A stretch of 64,000 nt of DNA from Dehalococcoidia bacterium (GCA_963555985.3 OY820591.1:2336001-2400000); one strand, 5' to 3'; counted from the first letter of the stretch, positions 8,346 through 17,732 are shown. Made by a program: numbers and translations. The notes: a model not told the origin generated them from the letters alone.

Positions 8346-8573
8346 GAGGAGCGAGTTCTAGGCAGCCGGGGCGTCTGGACAAGCCCGCAACGCTGCATAT
8401 CTCTTGGTCTGGGCGTCAGGCTACCACATCGGCGCGGCCACTCCAGCGGCGAGCCAGATCGCGGGGCACTGCACAGACGGTGAAGAATCTGTTAGATTGC
8501 GGCGAGCGTTCTGGATCGGCTGCGATTCCCGTTCGATCCTGGGTTTCCCCCAGGCGAGTGAGGCTAGTCAGGA

Positions 8574-9728
8574 ATGTCCCGCAGCGGCCCCAGCGACGGC
8601 GATTCGGCGGCCGTACCCAGCGGCCGCGCCGCTGCGTCTGCCAGCCACGATCACGACGACCACGCCGGGCACGATTATCACGACCACGATGATCACTCCG
8701 GCCACGACCACGCCGGACACGATCATCACGACCACGATGATCACTCCGGCCACGACCACGCCGGGCACGACCATCACGACCATGATGATCACTCCGGCCA
8801 CGACCATCACGACCATGCGCACGACTTGCGCGAGGCGAGCCGGCGCACGCTAATCATCTCGCTCGGCATCATCCTGTTCTTCATGGTCGTCGAGATCGTC
8901 GGCGGCATCCTCTCCGGCTCGCTGGCCCTGCTCGCCGACGCTGGCCACATGGCGACCGACGCCGGCGCCATCGCCCTGGCGCTGATCGCAATGTGGGTCG
9001 CGAATCGGCCTTCCTCGGTCGACCGCACTTTCGGCTTCGCTCGCACCGAGATCCTCGCTGCGTTCGTCAACATTCTCACGCTCTGGCTGATCTCCGGTTG
9101 GGTGATCTGGGAAGCGGTGCACCGGATCGGCGGCGAGCCGGAAGTCGAAGGCGTGTTGATGACCGCGGTCGGCGTGGTCGGCCTGATCGTCAACATCATC
9201 GTCGCCTACATCCTGCACGGCTCGTCGGAACACAGCCTCAACGTCCAGGGCGCATTCCTCCACGTACTCGGAGACCTGCTGGGGTCGATCGCCGTGATCG
9301 TGTCCGGCGCCCTGGTGATGGGGTTCGGCTGGAATCTGGCCGACCCGATCGTCAGCATCATCATCGGCGTCTTCATCCTCTTCCTCTCCTACCGGCCGGC
9401 GATGCAGATCTTCCACGTGCTGATCGAAGGCGTTCCGCCTCACATCGACCTCTACGCGCTCTGCCATGAGATCGAGGAGATCGAAGGGGTAACCGTCATC
9501 CACGACGTCCATGCCTGGACGATCACATCCGGCTACGACTCGATCTCGGCGCACATCATGGTCGACCACGAGCACCCGAACCGGCAGAGCATTCTCGATG
9601 AGGCGGTCGTGATCGCGCGCCACCGGTACAACCTCAGCCACATCACCTTCCAGGTCGAGACATCGGTCGAGGGTTGCACCGAAGACCACCATGTCGGCCA
9701 TCTCGAAGCGACGTCTCGCGCAAGGTGA
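8574..9728 (+). CDS. Cation diffusion facilitator (CzcD/ZitB-like) with long His-rich N-terminus
   Basis: SGSLALLADAGHMATD, RTFGFAR.E, SLNVQGAFLHVLGDLLGS, HDVHAWTIT, HITFQVE. Confidence 0.95.
   Translation: MSRSGPSDGDSAAVPSGRAAASASHDHDDHAGHDYHDHDDHSGHDHAGHDHHDHDDHSGHDHAGHDHHDHDDHSGHDHHDHAHDLREASRRTLIISLGIILFFMVVEIVGGILSGSLALLADAGHMATDAGAIALALIAMWVANRPSSVDRTFGFARTEILAAFVNILTLWLISGWVIWEAVHRIGGEPEVEGVLMTAVGVVGLIVNIIVAYILHGSSEHSLNVQGAFLHVLGDLLGSIAVIVSGALVMGFGWNLADPIVSIIIGVFILFLSYRPAMQIFHVLIEGVPPHIDLYALCHEIEEIEGVTVIHDVHAWTITSGYDSISAHIMVDHEHPNRQSILDEAVVIARHRYNLSHITFQVETSVEGCTEDHHVGHLEATSRAR
8646..8825 (+). repeat. 48-bp coding tandem repeat (HDHDDHSGHDHAGHDH)
   Basis: CACGACCACGATGATCACTCCGGCCACGACCACGCCGG... 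repeated about 3 times. Confidence 0.9.
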
Positions 9729-9782
9729 GCTGATTCCAGAGTGCGTACAGTTCGCCGGCAACGGCGATGAAAGGGAGGAACC

Positions 9783-9971
9783 ATGACGACAGCGGCCCAC
9801 ACCCATCGGTACGAGCACACCGAGCACCACGCGCACAGCGCGACCGAGGTGGCCGAGCACGACCACTGCCAGAGCGAGCACGAGTGCAGTTGCGACCACA
9901 GCGAGCACTGCTGCTGCTGCGTGGACTCCAGCTGCGCCAGCGGCGACTGCGACTGCCACAGCGCCGACTAG
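9783..9971 (+). CDS. Small Cys/His-rich metallothionein-like protein (62 aa)
   Basis: Strong RBS GGGAGG, GC3-rich codons, 10 Cys and 12 His (CSC, CCCC, CDC). Lies directly downstream of the CDF. Confidence 0.8.
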   Translation: MTTAAHTHRYEHTEHHAHSATEVAEHDHCQSEHECSCDHSEHCCCCVDSSCASGDCDCHSAD

Positions 9972-9994
9972 CGATCGACGCTCCGGGACAAGCG

Positions 9995-10465
9995 TCAGGC
10001 GGTCCTCAGCGCTTTGAGGACCGCCTGGCCGTGATCCGCGGCCCTGGCTCGTTTCCAAACCTTGGCCAGCACGCCGTCCGGACCGATCACGAACGTGGCC
10101 CGGTTCATGCCAATGCTCTTGCGCCCGTAGAGCGTCTTCTCACCCCAGGCGCCGTAGCGCGTCGCCACTTCCGCCTCGGTGTCAACGAGGAGCGGGAAGT
10201 TCAGTTCGTATTTCGCGCGGAACTGCTGATGAGATTCGGCGGAATCGGTGGAGACGCCCAACACTGTCGCCCCCTCCGCGCCGATCTCCGCCAGCTCGTC
10301 GCGGAACGAACACGCCTGCTTCGTACAGCCCGGCGTGTCGTCGCGCGGGTAGAAATAGAGCACGACGGTCTGCCCGGCGTAGTCGGACAGCCGGTGCAGC
10401 TTCCCATCCTGGTCGGGCAATGCGAAATCAGGCGCCGGATCGCCCTTGGCCAGAGTCACAGGCAC
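9995..10465 (-). CDS. bcp: Peroxiredoxin BCP/PrxQ
   Basis: APDFALPDQDG, VVLYFYPRDDTPGCTKQAC.FRD. GTG start at 10465 with RBS GAGGA. Confidence 0.95.
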   Translation of the reverse strand: MPVTLAKGDPAPDFALPDQDGKLHRLSDYAGQTVVLYFYPRDDTPGCTKQACSFRDELAEIGAEGATVLGVSTDSAESHQQFRAKYELNFPLLVDTEAEVATRYGAWGEKTLYGRKSIGMNRATFVIGPDGVLAKVWKRARAADHGQAVLKALRTA

Positions 10466-10475
10466 GTTCAAATCC

Positions 10476-10868
10476 TCAATCCGTGTGCAGCACCGGGCTG
10501 CCATGGTGATGAATGATCTTCCAGCTCCCGGCTTCGCGCCGGTAGAGGTTGGTCGCCACAATCGGCACCCCCGCCACCACCTCGCGTCCCGCCACGATCC
10601 CGATATCGCCAACAATCCGAGGCGTCTCCGCCGCAAACACGATCCGCGGCTGATCGGGATTGGTCAGAATTGCGCGCCAACTCCGCATCACTTCGCGGTG
10701 TCCCGAGATCACCGCGCGATGCGGATGAATGCAGGTCACGTCCGCAGTCTGCGCCCAGAGTTGCGCCATGCCTTCCACATCGCGCTCGTTGAACGCCTCA
10801 TAGAAGGCGCGGTTAGCGGCGAGCACGGCCTCCGCGTCGTCGCGATCGGAAGCGGGTTCGTCCGTCAT
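10476..10868 (-). CDS. SnoaL/NTF2-like family protein
   Basis: AVLAANRAFYEAF, VTCIHP, ATNLY....G.WKIIHHHGSP. Confidence 0.9.
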   Translation of the reverse strand: MTDEPASDRDDAEAVLAANRAFYEAFNERDVEGMAQLWAQTADVTCIHPHRAVISGHREVMRSWRAILTNPDQPRIVFAAETPRIVGDIGIVAGREVVAGVPIVATNLYRREAGSWKIIHHHGSPVLHTD

Positions 10869-10920
10869 CGCTGCCTGCCTTCACGCCGGCGCGGACCGGA
10901 TTCCCCGATACGCTGGCCGC

Positions 10921-12393
10921 ATGATGATCATACGAAAAAACTGGCTCCACGCGACGCTCGTGGGCGCGGCGCTTACGTTCGCCCTCGCCGCGTGCAGCGA
11001 CGATCCCCAAGAAGCTCCCGCAGCCGCGCAAACCGAGCAACAGCAGCAACAGCCTGTCGAGCAGCCGCAACCCGCAGAGTCCGCCGATCCGCAGCAGACA
11101 CAGGAACAACCAACCCAAACCGCCGCAACTCAGCAAGCGACTCAACCGCAACAGCAGGCGACTCAGGCCGCAGCGCAAGCCCAGCAGGCGCAGCAGCAGG
11201 ACGACACTCTCGCCGACATCACTCCGGTCACTACCTTTCTCCCCCGCGACGCGACCGAGACCCCCGAAGGCATCCCGATCATCCGCGACTCGCAGACGCC
11301 GCAGTACTTCGGCCTCGACTGGTCCACCCACTGGGGCATCCGCATCGTCGCGCTCGAAGAACTCTCGCAAGGCGCCGCCCGCGACGCGATCCCCGCGATC
11401 AGCGCGCCCCGCTACTGGACGATCGAAGAAGCGGCGGTCGTCTACACCGACAACGTGCCCCTAGTCCAGGTTCGCGTCGGCGACGACGTGCGCGGCTTCC
11501 CGCTCGAAATCCTCACCTGGCACGAGATCGTCAACGATACGATCGGCGGCAAGCCGCTCACGATCACCTTCTGTCCGCTCTGCAATACCGCGATCGCCTT
11601 CGAGTCCCAGATTGGCGAAGAGATCTTCATCTTCGGCGTCTCCGGCCTGCTCCGAAACTCCGACCTGGTCATGTACGACCGCAACACCGAGTCGCTCTGG
11701 CAGCAGTCCTCGGGGCGAGCCATCGTCGGCACGATGGTCGGGGCCCGACTCAACTACCTGCCTGCCTCAGTCGTCAGCCTCGGACAACTCCGCGCCGCCT
11801 ATCCCGACGCGCTCGTGATGTCCCGCGATACCGGCTGGAATCGTCCCTACGGGCAGAACCCCTACCAGGGTTATGACAACCCCGAACACGGCGGCCCCTA
11901 CGGGTTCTTCTTCGACCGCGACAGCGTCGACCCGCGCCTGCCGCCCGCAGAGCGCGTCGTCAGTGTCGAAGGCCCCTCCGGCGCCGCCGTCGCCTACCCC
12001 TGGTCTGCGCTCTCCGAGCAGCGCGTCCTTCACGACAGTTTCGACGGCATCGCGCTGGTCGTCTTCTGGACACCCGGCGCGCTCTCCGTCCTCGACTCCG
12101 GCAACCTCGCCCAAGCCCGCGAGATTGGTACCACCGCCGTCTTCGAGACCACCCTCGAAGGAGTCGGCCCACTCACCTTCACACCCAATCCCGGCGATCC
12201 CGACGGTCAAACCTTCATGGACGCCGAGACCGGCTCCACTTGGGACATCTTCGGCCGCGCGATCGCAGGCGAATTGGCCGGGTCAGAATTGACCCGCGTG
12301 ATCCACTCCGACCACTTCTGGTTCGCCTGGCAGGCGTTCCACCCCGAGACCGAGGTGGTCGACGAATCCACCATCGCCGACGCCGGCGAGTAG
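10921..12393 (+). CDS. DUF3179 domain lipoprotein with Gln-rich linker
   Basis: Lipobox LAAC, DAIPAI, ILTWHEIVND, ITFCPLCNTA, FGVSGLLRNSDLVMYDRNTESLWQQ..G.AI.G, FWFAWQAFHPET. Confidence 0.9.
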   Translation: MMIIRKNWLHATLVGAALTFALAACSDDPQEAPAAAQTEQQQQQPVEQPQPAESADPQQTQEQPTQTAATQQATQPQQQATQAAAQAQQAQQQDDTLADITPVTTFLPRDATETPEGIPIIRDSQTPQYFGLDWSTHWGIRIVALEELSQGAARDAIPAISAPRYWTIEEAAVVYTDNVPLVQVRVGDDVRGFPLEILTWHEIVNDTIGGKPLTITFCPLCNTAIAFESQIGEEIFIFGVSGLLRNSDLVMYDRNTESLWQQSSGRAIVGTMVGARLNYLPASVVSLGQLRAAYPDALVMSRDTGWNRPYGQNPYQGYDNPEHGGPYGFFFDRDSVDPRLPPAERVVSVEGPSGAAVAYPWSALSEQRVLHDSFDGIALVVFWTPGALSVLDSGNLAQAREIGTTAVFETTLEGVGPLTFTPNPGDPDGQTFMDAETGSTWDIFGRAIAGELAGSELTRVIHSDHFWFAWQAFHPETEVVDESTIADAGE

Positions 12394-12422
12394 AATGCTG
12401 AAAACTCGCAATCGCCGGAATT

Positions 12423-12509
12423 CGTCATTCCAAGCTTGACCTGGAATCTCGCTTCTCGCTGCTGGCGTATCTGTTCGGACGAGCTTCCCGGTCGGGATCG
12501 AGAATGACG
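12423..12509. repeat. CGTC-tagged palindromic repeat dimer (degenerate)
   Basis: Starts CGTCATTCCAAG..CTGGAATCTCG and ends ..GAGAATGACG (inverted termini). Confidence 0.6.
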
Positions 12510-12547
12510 AGGACGCTCAGATCGCCGAGGGCAAGGGAGGAGCAGGC

Positions 12548-13296
12548 ATGAACAAGACAAGGTTGTCTGGAGTGTTGGCGCTGGCGGCCATCGTGGTAGG
12601 GGCGGCAATGCTTGGCGTCGCTCGGAGTCAAAGCGATCCAGGCGGCGTTGAGGTCAGGGTCGCCGCGCGCGCGCACACAACGACAGAAGGGTAGAGTTCG
12701 CAGTTCAGCCGAGGGACGGCAACGAGTGGGGAGATCGTGTTGTACCCCGCGGCAGGTTCCTACCTGCTGAACCGCCTGTCGGCAGGTGGCTCTACAGCAC
12801 GCCGGTCACAATCGGCGAACTGAGGATCCACCCCGGGATCGTTCCGTTTCCCGTTCCCAATGGCGCGGTTGAAATCAGCGGCAAGAACAGCTCCGGAGCG
12901 ACATTCAAGGTCAGCTATGACGATCTGACCGGCAAGACCGAAACAATCATCACGACCAGCGCAGGTGACTGGGGAGACGATATCCAGTTCGAGCTTGCTT
13001 GCGATCGAGACGGCGTGCTGCATGTCGGCATCAGTTCTTGGAGCTGGTGGTCGTCCTACAATCAAGCCGTCACCTGGCGGTTCGACCGCTCGCTAAGTAA
13101 GACCGAAGAATGGATCGGCGGAAACTTCCCTGGCCAAACATCCTCCCCGAACCCACAGTTGATGCTCAGAGAACTGCGCGGCGCGCGCGAGTTCACGTTC
13201 ATCCGCGACAGTGATGACGAGTCGAGCACGATTTCGCTAGAGGGTCTGTTGGACACGCCGGCTCAGCCGAACATCGACCGCTGCGGGACATACTGA
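12548..13296 (+). pseudogene. Frameshifted secreted protein carrying the repeat module of the Fe SBP (pseudogene, phase-variable gene or assembly error)
   Basis: RBS GGGAGG and ATG 12548 give a signal peptide then VEVRVAARAH, stopping at TAG 12692. The shifted frame continues NDRRVEFAVQPRDGNEWGDRVVPRGRFLPAEPPVGRWLYSTPV... to TGA 13296. The shift maps to a (GC)n(AC)n run at about 12665-12678. Confidence 0.75.
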
Positions 13297-13502
13297 CCTG
13301 CTAGACTTGTCAGCGGAAGCCTTGTCAGGCATGGTCGCCTTCGCACCACCAACAAGGCAACCTGGGCGGGCGAGCAGGCACAGGTCGTGACGATGCCTGT
13401 TCGCCCTAGCGCGGGGGCGGCTCATAAACGCTTCCCGCGCTCGCCCTAACCTACCAGCCGCTCGTAGGTCAGTTGCGTCTCGCAGGTGTGCGGTCAGTAC
13501 GC

Positions 13503-14366
13503 CTAGCCGAGCAGTTCCACCTCGTCGCCGACGTTGACCGTACCGCTCTCGACGACGTTGCAGTACGCGCCCAGGTGCTGCTTGGTCTGCTCAATCAACG
13601 CCCGGCCAACCGCGCGGCTCGAACCGAAATCCCGTTGCCCGTGCGCCGGGATCGAGCAGCGAACCGTGGTCGTTTTCAACTCGATCACGACCTCACCGAC
13701 GCGCAGCTTGCTCCCGCTCCAGTCCACCTCCAGCAGGCCCTCGGCTTCGCCGGTGTCGATCACGATGTTCGGCCGGAACCGCCGCACATCGACATCATCG
13801 CCCCCGCCCGCAGCGCGAAGCGCATTCAGCGAGGCAGTCGTCATGATGTGGATCGGGTATGCGTCGAAGTACGTTCCGGGCGGGGTCGAGAACTGCGCCA
13901 AAACATCCAGGGGGATATCGCCGAGGTCGGGGAATGGATCATCGGGCTCGAGTCCGAAGACTTCGCGCATCCCGGCGACCGGGTCGGCGTCGGGATCGGC
14001 CGGCCCGCGGCGATAGTGCTCGAGGTCTTCCGCCGGGTGCAGCGGGGTCAGTACGACCTCTCGGCCCAGGGCGGCGGAGAGGCGTTGATCAAAGTCGGCG
14101 GCGTCGCTGACCAGCGACTCGTCGTCGGGCAGGGTGAGGGCAACACGCGGCGAGCGCCGGTCGCCGGCCGGCGCCTCGGCATAGCGCGCGGCGCACTGCA
14201 ACAGACGCGGAATCTGACGCGCGGTGCGCGTCTCCCCGGCCTCGCGGATCGCCCAGCCGCGATCGCCTGCGACCCCGTTGCCGTCGATCGCGGCGCTGTC
14301 GATCTGCTCACCGCCCATCGACTTCACCGGGTAACGCCAGAGTTCCAGCACTTGTCCGACTGCCAT
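13503..14366 (-). CDS. MOSC domain-containing protein
   Basis: LWRYPVKSMGGE, GDRGWA, YFDAYPIH, RRFRPNIV, RC, G.V.VGD. Confidence 0.93.
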   Translation of the reverse strand: MAVGQVLELWRYPVKSMGGEQIDSAAIDGNGVAGDRGWAIREAGETRTARQIPRLLQCAARYAEAPAGDRRSPRVALTLPDDESLVSDAADFDQRLSAALGREVVLTPLHPAEDLEHYRRGPADPDADPVAGMREVFGLEPDDPFPDLGDIPLDVLAQFSTPPGTYFDAYPIHIMTTASLNALRAAGGGDDVDVRRFRPNIVIDTGEAEGLLEVDWSGSKLRVGEVVIELKTTTVRCSIPAHGQRDFGSSRAVGRALIEQTKQHLGAYCNVVESGTVNVGDEVELLG

Positions 14367-14476
14367 GATCAATCCTCCAAAGCTGATCCGCCGCCAGTGC
14401 GGCAATCCGAAGCGCAGCGTAAAGAATGCTACGCCCCGCTGCCGCTCAGGGCGACAGCGGGCTCGAGCTCAATCTG

Positions 14477-14505
14477 TACTTATCTAGTAATCTTTGTCAG
14501 GATTA
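14477..14505. promoter_or_regulatory. AT-rich imperfect palindrome upstream of cysD (possible Rrf2/CymR-type operator or promoter)
   Basis: TATCTAGTAATCTTTGTCAGGATTA is an AT island in GC-rich DNA about 40 bp before cysD. The regulator assignment is inference only. Confidence 0.3.
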
Positions 14506-14544
14506 GCTTGAGACACGAGCAGACCTACTCACGACTGGCCGCCC

Positions 14545-15465
14545 ATGACCACCGTTGCCGCCCCACCCGCGCACTCCACGCTCGCCTGGCTCGAAGCCGA
14601 GGGCATCCACATCATCCGCGAAGTCGCCGCCGAACTCGAACGCCCCGTCCTCCTCTTCTCCGGCGGCAAAGACTCGATTGTGATGCTGCGCCTGGCCGAA
14701 AAAGCCTTCTGGCCCGCGCGCATTCCCTTTCCCGTGATGCACGTGGACACCGGCCACAACTTCCCCGAAGCGATCGACTTCCGCGACCGCCGCGTCGAAG
14801 AACTCGAAGTACAACTGGTTGTCGCCTCCGTCCAGGACTCGATCGACCAGGGGCGAGTCGTCGAAGAGACCGGCCCCCGCGCCTCCCGCAACCGCCTCCA
14901 GACCGTCACTCTGCTCGATGCGATCGAGGAACACGGTTTCGACGCGCTCTTCGGCGGCGCCCGCCGCGATGAAGAGAAAGCACGCGCTAAGGAGCGCATC
15001 TTCAGCTTCCGCGACGCCTTCGGCCAGTGGGATCCCTCCAACCAGCGCCCTGAACTCTGGAACCTCTACAACGGACGCCTCACGCGCGGTGAGCACATCC
15101 GCGCCTTCCCCCTCTCCAACTGGACCGAACTCGATGTCTGGCAGTACATCCGCCAGGAACAGCTCGAAATTCCCTCGATCTACTTCGCCCACGAGCGCGA
15201 GATGTTCCAGCGCGACGGGATGCTCTTCCCCGTCTCTGAGTTCGTCCCCCGCCTGCCCAACGAAGACCCCTTCTCTGCCCGCGTCCGTTTCCGCACCGTC
15301 GGCGACATGACCTGCACCGCCGGCGTCCGCTCCGACGCCGACACGATCGAATCCGTCGTCGCCGAAATCGCCGCCACCCGCATCACCGAACGCGGTGAAA
15401 CCCGCGCCGACGACCGCTTCTCCGAAGCCGCCATGGAAGACCGCAAACGCGAGGGCTACTTCTAA
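14545..15465 (+). CDS. cysD: Sulfate adenylyltransferase subunit 2
   Basis: LFSGGKDS, HVDTGHNF, GGARRDEEKARAKERIFSFRD, QRPELWNLYNG, MEDRKREGYF. Confidence 0.98.
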   Translation: MTTVAAPPAHSTLAWLEAEGIHIIREVAAELERPVLLFSGGKDSIVMLRLAEKAFWPARIPFPVMHVDTGHNFPEAIDFRDRRVEELEVQLVVASVQDSIDQGRVVEETGPRASRNRLQTVTLLDAIEEHGFDALFGGARRDEEKARAKERIFSFRDAFGQWDPSNQRPELWNLYNGRLTRGEHIRAFPLSNWTELDVWQYIRQEQLEIPSIYFAHEREMFQRDGMLFPVSEFVPRLPNEDPFSARVRFRTVGDMTCTAGVRSDADTIESVVAEIAATRITERGETRADDRFSEAAMEDRKREGYF

Positions 15466-16770
15466 ATGGTCACGCTGAACCCCGATCCGGAAACCGACCT
15501 CTTTCCCGAGCACGAGCGCCCACTCCTCCGTCTCGCCACCGCCGGCTCCGTCGACGACGGCAAGAGCACCCTGATCGGGCGTCTGCTGTTCGACTCCAAG
15601 CAGACCTTCATCGACCAGATGGAAGCGATCGAGCGCACATCGCGCACGCGCGGCGACGACGCCGTCAATCTCGCCTACCTCACCGACGGTCTCCGCTCCG
15701 AGCGCGAGCAGGGCATCACCATTGACGTCGCCTACCGCTACTTCGCTACCCCGCGCCGCAAGTTCATCCTCGCCGACACCCCGGGACACGTGCAGTACAC
15801 CCGCAACATGGTCACCGGCGCCTCCACCGCCGACCTCGCCCTCCTGCTGGTCGACGCACGCCGGGGCGTACTCGAACAGACCCGCCGCCACGCTTATCTC
15901 TCCGCCCTGCTCGGCATCCGCCACTTCGTCCTCTGCGTCAACAAGATGGACCTGGTCGACTGGGATCAACAAGTCTTCGAGCAGATCGCGCAGGAACTGA
16001 CTCTGTTCGCCTCCCGCATGGGCGTCACCGACGTTCGCGCCATCCCAATCTCGGCCAAGTTCGGCGATTCGGTGGTCGAACGATCTGCGCGAATGCCCTG
16101 GTACGACGGCCCGTCCTTGCTCGAATTGCTCGAAGAGGTCGAAGTCCTCGACCCGCCCCAACACCATGCAGCGCGTCTGCCGGTGCAATACGTCATCCGC
16201 CCCCAGCGAGACGTCTACCACGACTATCGCGGCTACGCCGGAACGATGGCCGCCGGTGTCCTCCGCCTCGGCGATCGCGTGCAAGTCCTGCCCTCGGGAG
16301 CCGAGACCACCGTGACCGCGATCGACGCATTCGAGCAGCCTCTCCACGAAGCCGCACCGCCAATGGCCGTCACCGTGCGCCTGGCCGATGAGCTCGATGT
16401 GCGCCGAGGCTCGATCATCGCCGCCGCCGAAGCCCCGCCCCTGGTCGCAACCACGCTTGAGGCCCACATCTGCTGGATGAGCGAGCGCGCTCCCCTGCGA
16501 CCGCGCCAGCGCCTGGTAGTCAAACACACCACCCAGACCACGCGCGCGCTCGTCGACGAAGTCACCGCCCGCCTCGACGTGAATACGCTCGACTACGATC
16601 TCACCGCCTCCCAACTCAGCCTCAACGAGATCGGGCGCGTCCGCCTGCGCCTCATGGCACCTATCTGCGTTGATCCATACGATGAGTCGCGCGCGACCGG
16701 AGCGTTCATCCTGATTGACGAAGCGACCAGCGCCACGGTCGCAGCGGGCATGATCAACTCAGCCTCATGA
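15466..16770 (+). CDS. cysN: Sulfate adenylyltransferase subunit 1 (GTPase, no APS kinase domain)
   Basis: TAGSVDDGKSTLIGRLL, EREQGITIDVAYRYF, DTPGH, NKMD, GAFILID. Confidence 0.97.
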   Translation: MVTLNPDPETDLFPEHERPLLRLATAGSVDDGKSTLIGRLLFDSKQTFIDQMEAIERTSRTRGDDAVNLAYLTDGLRSEREQGITIDVAYRYFATPRRKFILADTPGHVQYTRNMVTGASTADLALLLVDARRGVLEQTRRHAYLSALLGIRHFVLCVNKMDLVDWDQQVFEQIAQELTLFASRMGVTDVRAIPISAKFGDSVVERSARMPWYDGPSLLELLEEVEVLDPPQHHAARLPVQYVIRPQRDVYHDYRGYAGTMAAGVLRLGDRVQVLPSGAETTVTAIDAFEQPLHEAAPPMAVTVRLADELDVRRGSIIAAAEAPPLVATTLEAHICWMSERAPLRPRQRLVVKHTTQTTRALVDEVTARLDVNTLDYDLTASQLSLNEIGRVRLRLMAPICVDPYDESRATGAFILIDEATSATVAAGMINSAS

Positions 16771-17732
16771 CCAACGCCCGATTTCTTCTCTCCCCCCGCA
16801 GTGCGGGGGGAGATGTCCCAAAGGGACAAAGGGGGGTCCCACCCCTCTTCGCCGTAGGAGTGCTCATCGCGGCGCTGCTCGCCGCCGTCAACTTCAACGC
16901 TTGCAGCGACGATCCCGGCTACAACTCCGACGAATTGATCCTCGCCACTACCACCAGCCTCAACGATTCCGGTCTGCTCGATCAGCTCGTACCAATCTTC
17001 GAAGACGAAGCAGATCTGACTGTCAAGATCATCGCCGTCGGCACCGGCGCCGCCCTGCGCATGGGTGCCGAGGGCAACGCCGATGTGCTCCTCACCCACG
17101 CGCCTGCCTCGGAGCAAGAGTTGCTCAACGCCGGCGACGTCACGGGCCGCACGCTGGTCGCCTACAACGACTTCATCATCGTAGGACCGATCGCAGATCC
17201 CGCAGGAGTAGCGGGATGGACGAACGCGAGCAGAGCGCTTGGGCAGATCGCCGCGCTCTGCGTAGGCGGGCCCTGCCAATTCGCCTCCCGCGGCGACGAC
17301 AGCGGCACGCACAAGAAGGAAATCGCCCTCTGGCAAGATGCGGGCATCGACACCGCCCGGCGCAACGAGGACTGGTACCTCGAAGTCGGACAAGGCATGA
17401 GCGCGACCCTGACGCTGGCCAATCAACGCCTCGCCTATGCCCTCACCGACCGCGGCACCTACTTGGCTCTCTCGGACGATCTGCCCGATCTGGTCGTCTT
17501 GGTCGAGGGCGATGCGCGCTTGCTGAACTTCTATAGCGTGATGACGGTCAACCCTGCGAAGGGCCGGGTCAACACTCCCGCCGCCGAAGCCTTCGCCGCC
17601 TTCCTCACCCGCGACGACATCCAAACCATGATCGGCGAATACCTCAGCGCCGAATACGGGCGTCCGCTGTTCATTCCCGCCGCCGGCGACACTGAGCAGG
17701 CAATCTCCGCGCGCGGCGGCGCGCCCCGCTGA
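16767..17732 (+). CDS. tupA: Tungstate ABC transporter substrate-binding lipoprotein
   Basis: LATTTSLNDSGLL, IAVGTGAAL, SRGDDSGTHKKE, GQGM, DRGTYL. The ATG overlaps the cysN stop. Confidence 0.9.
   Translation: MTNARFLLSPRSAGGDVPKGQRGVPPLFAVGVLIAALLAAVNFNACSDDPGYNSDELILATTTSLNDSGLLDQLVPIFEDEADLTVKIIAVGTGAALRMGAEGNADVLLTHAPASEQELLNAGDVTGRTLVAYNDFIIVGPIADPAGVAGWTNASRALGQIAALCVGGPCQFASRGDDSGTHKKEIALWQDAGIDTARRNEDWYLEVGQGMSATLTLANQRLAYALTDRGTYLALSDDLPDLVVLVEGDARLLNFYSVMTVNPAKGRVNTPAAEAFAAFLTRDDIQTMIGEYLSAEYGRPLFIPAAGDTEQAISARGGAPR
16789..16836. repeat. Palindromic repeat (TCTCCCCC..GGGGGAGA family) inside the tupA 5' end
   Basis: TCTCCCCCCGCAGTGCGGGGGGAGA-TGTCCCAAAGGGACA-AAGGGGGG. Same architecture as intergenic copies at 51321 and 51407. 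Confidence 0.8.

Noticed and set aside
10921-12393. Further selenoproteins among DUF3179, AhpD, BCP, glutaredoxin and FmdB
   Set aside because: Their redox or metal motifs are Cys-encoded (CPLC, CLYC, CTKQAC, CGDC, CGEC), with no in-frame UGA.
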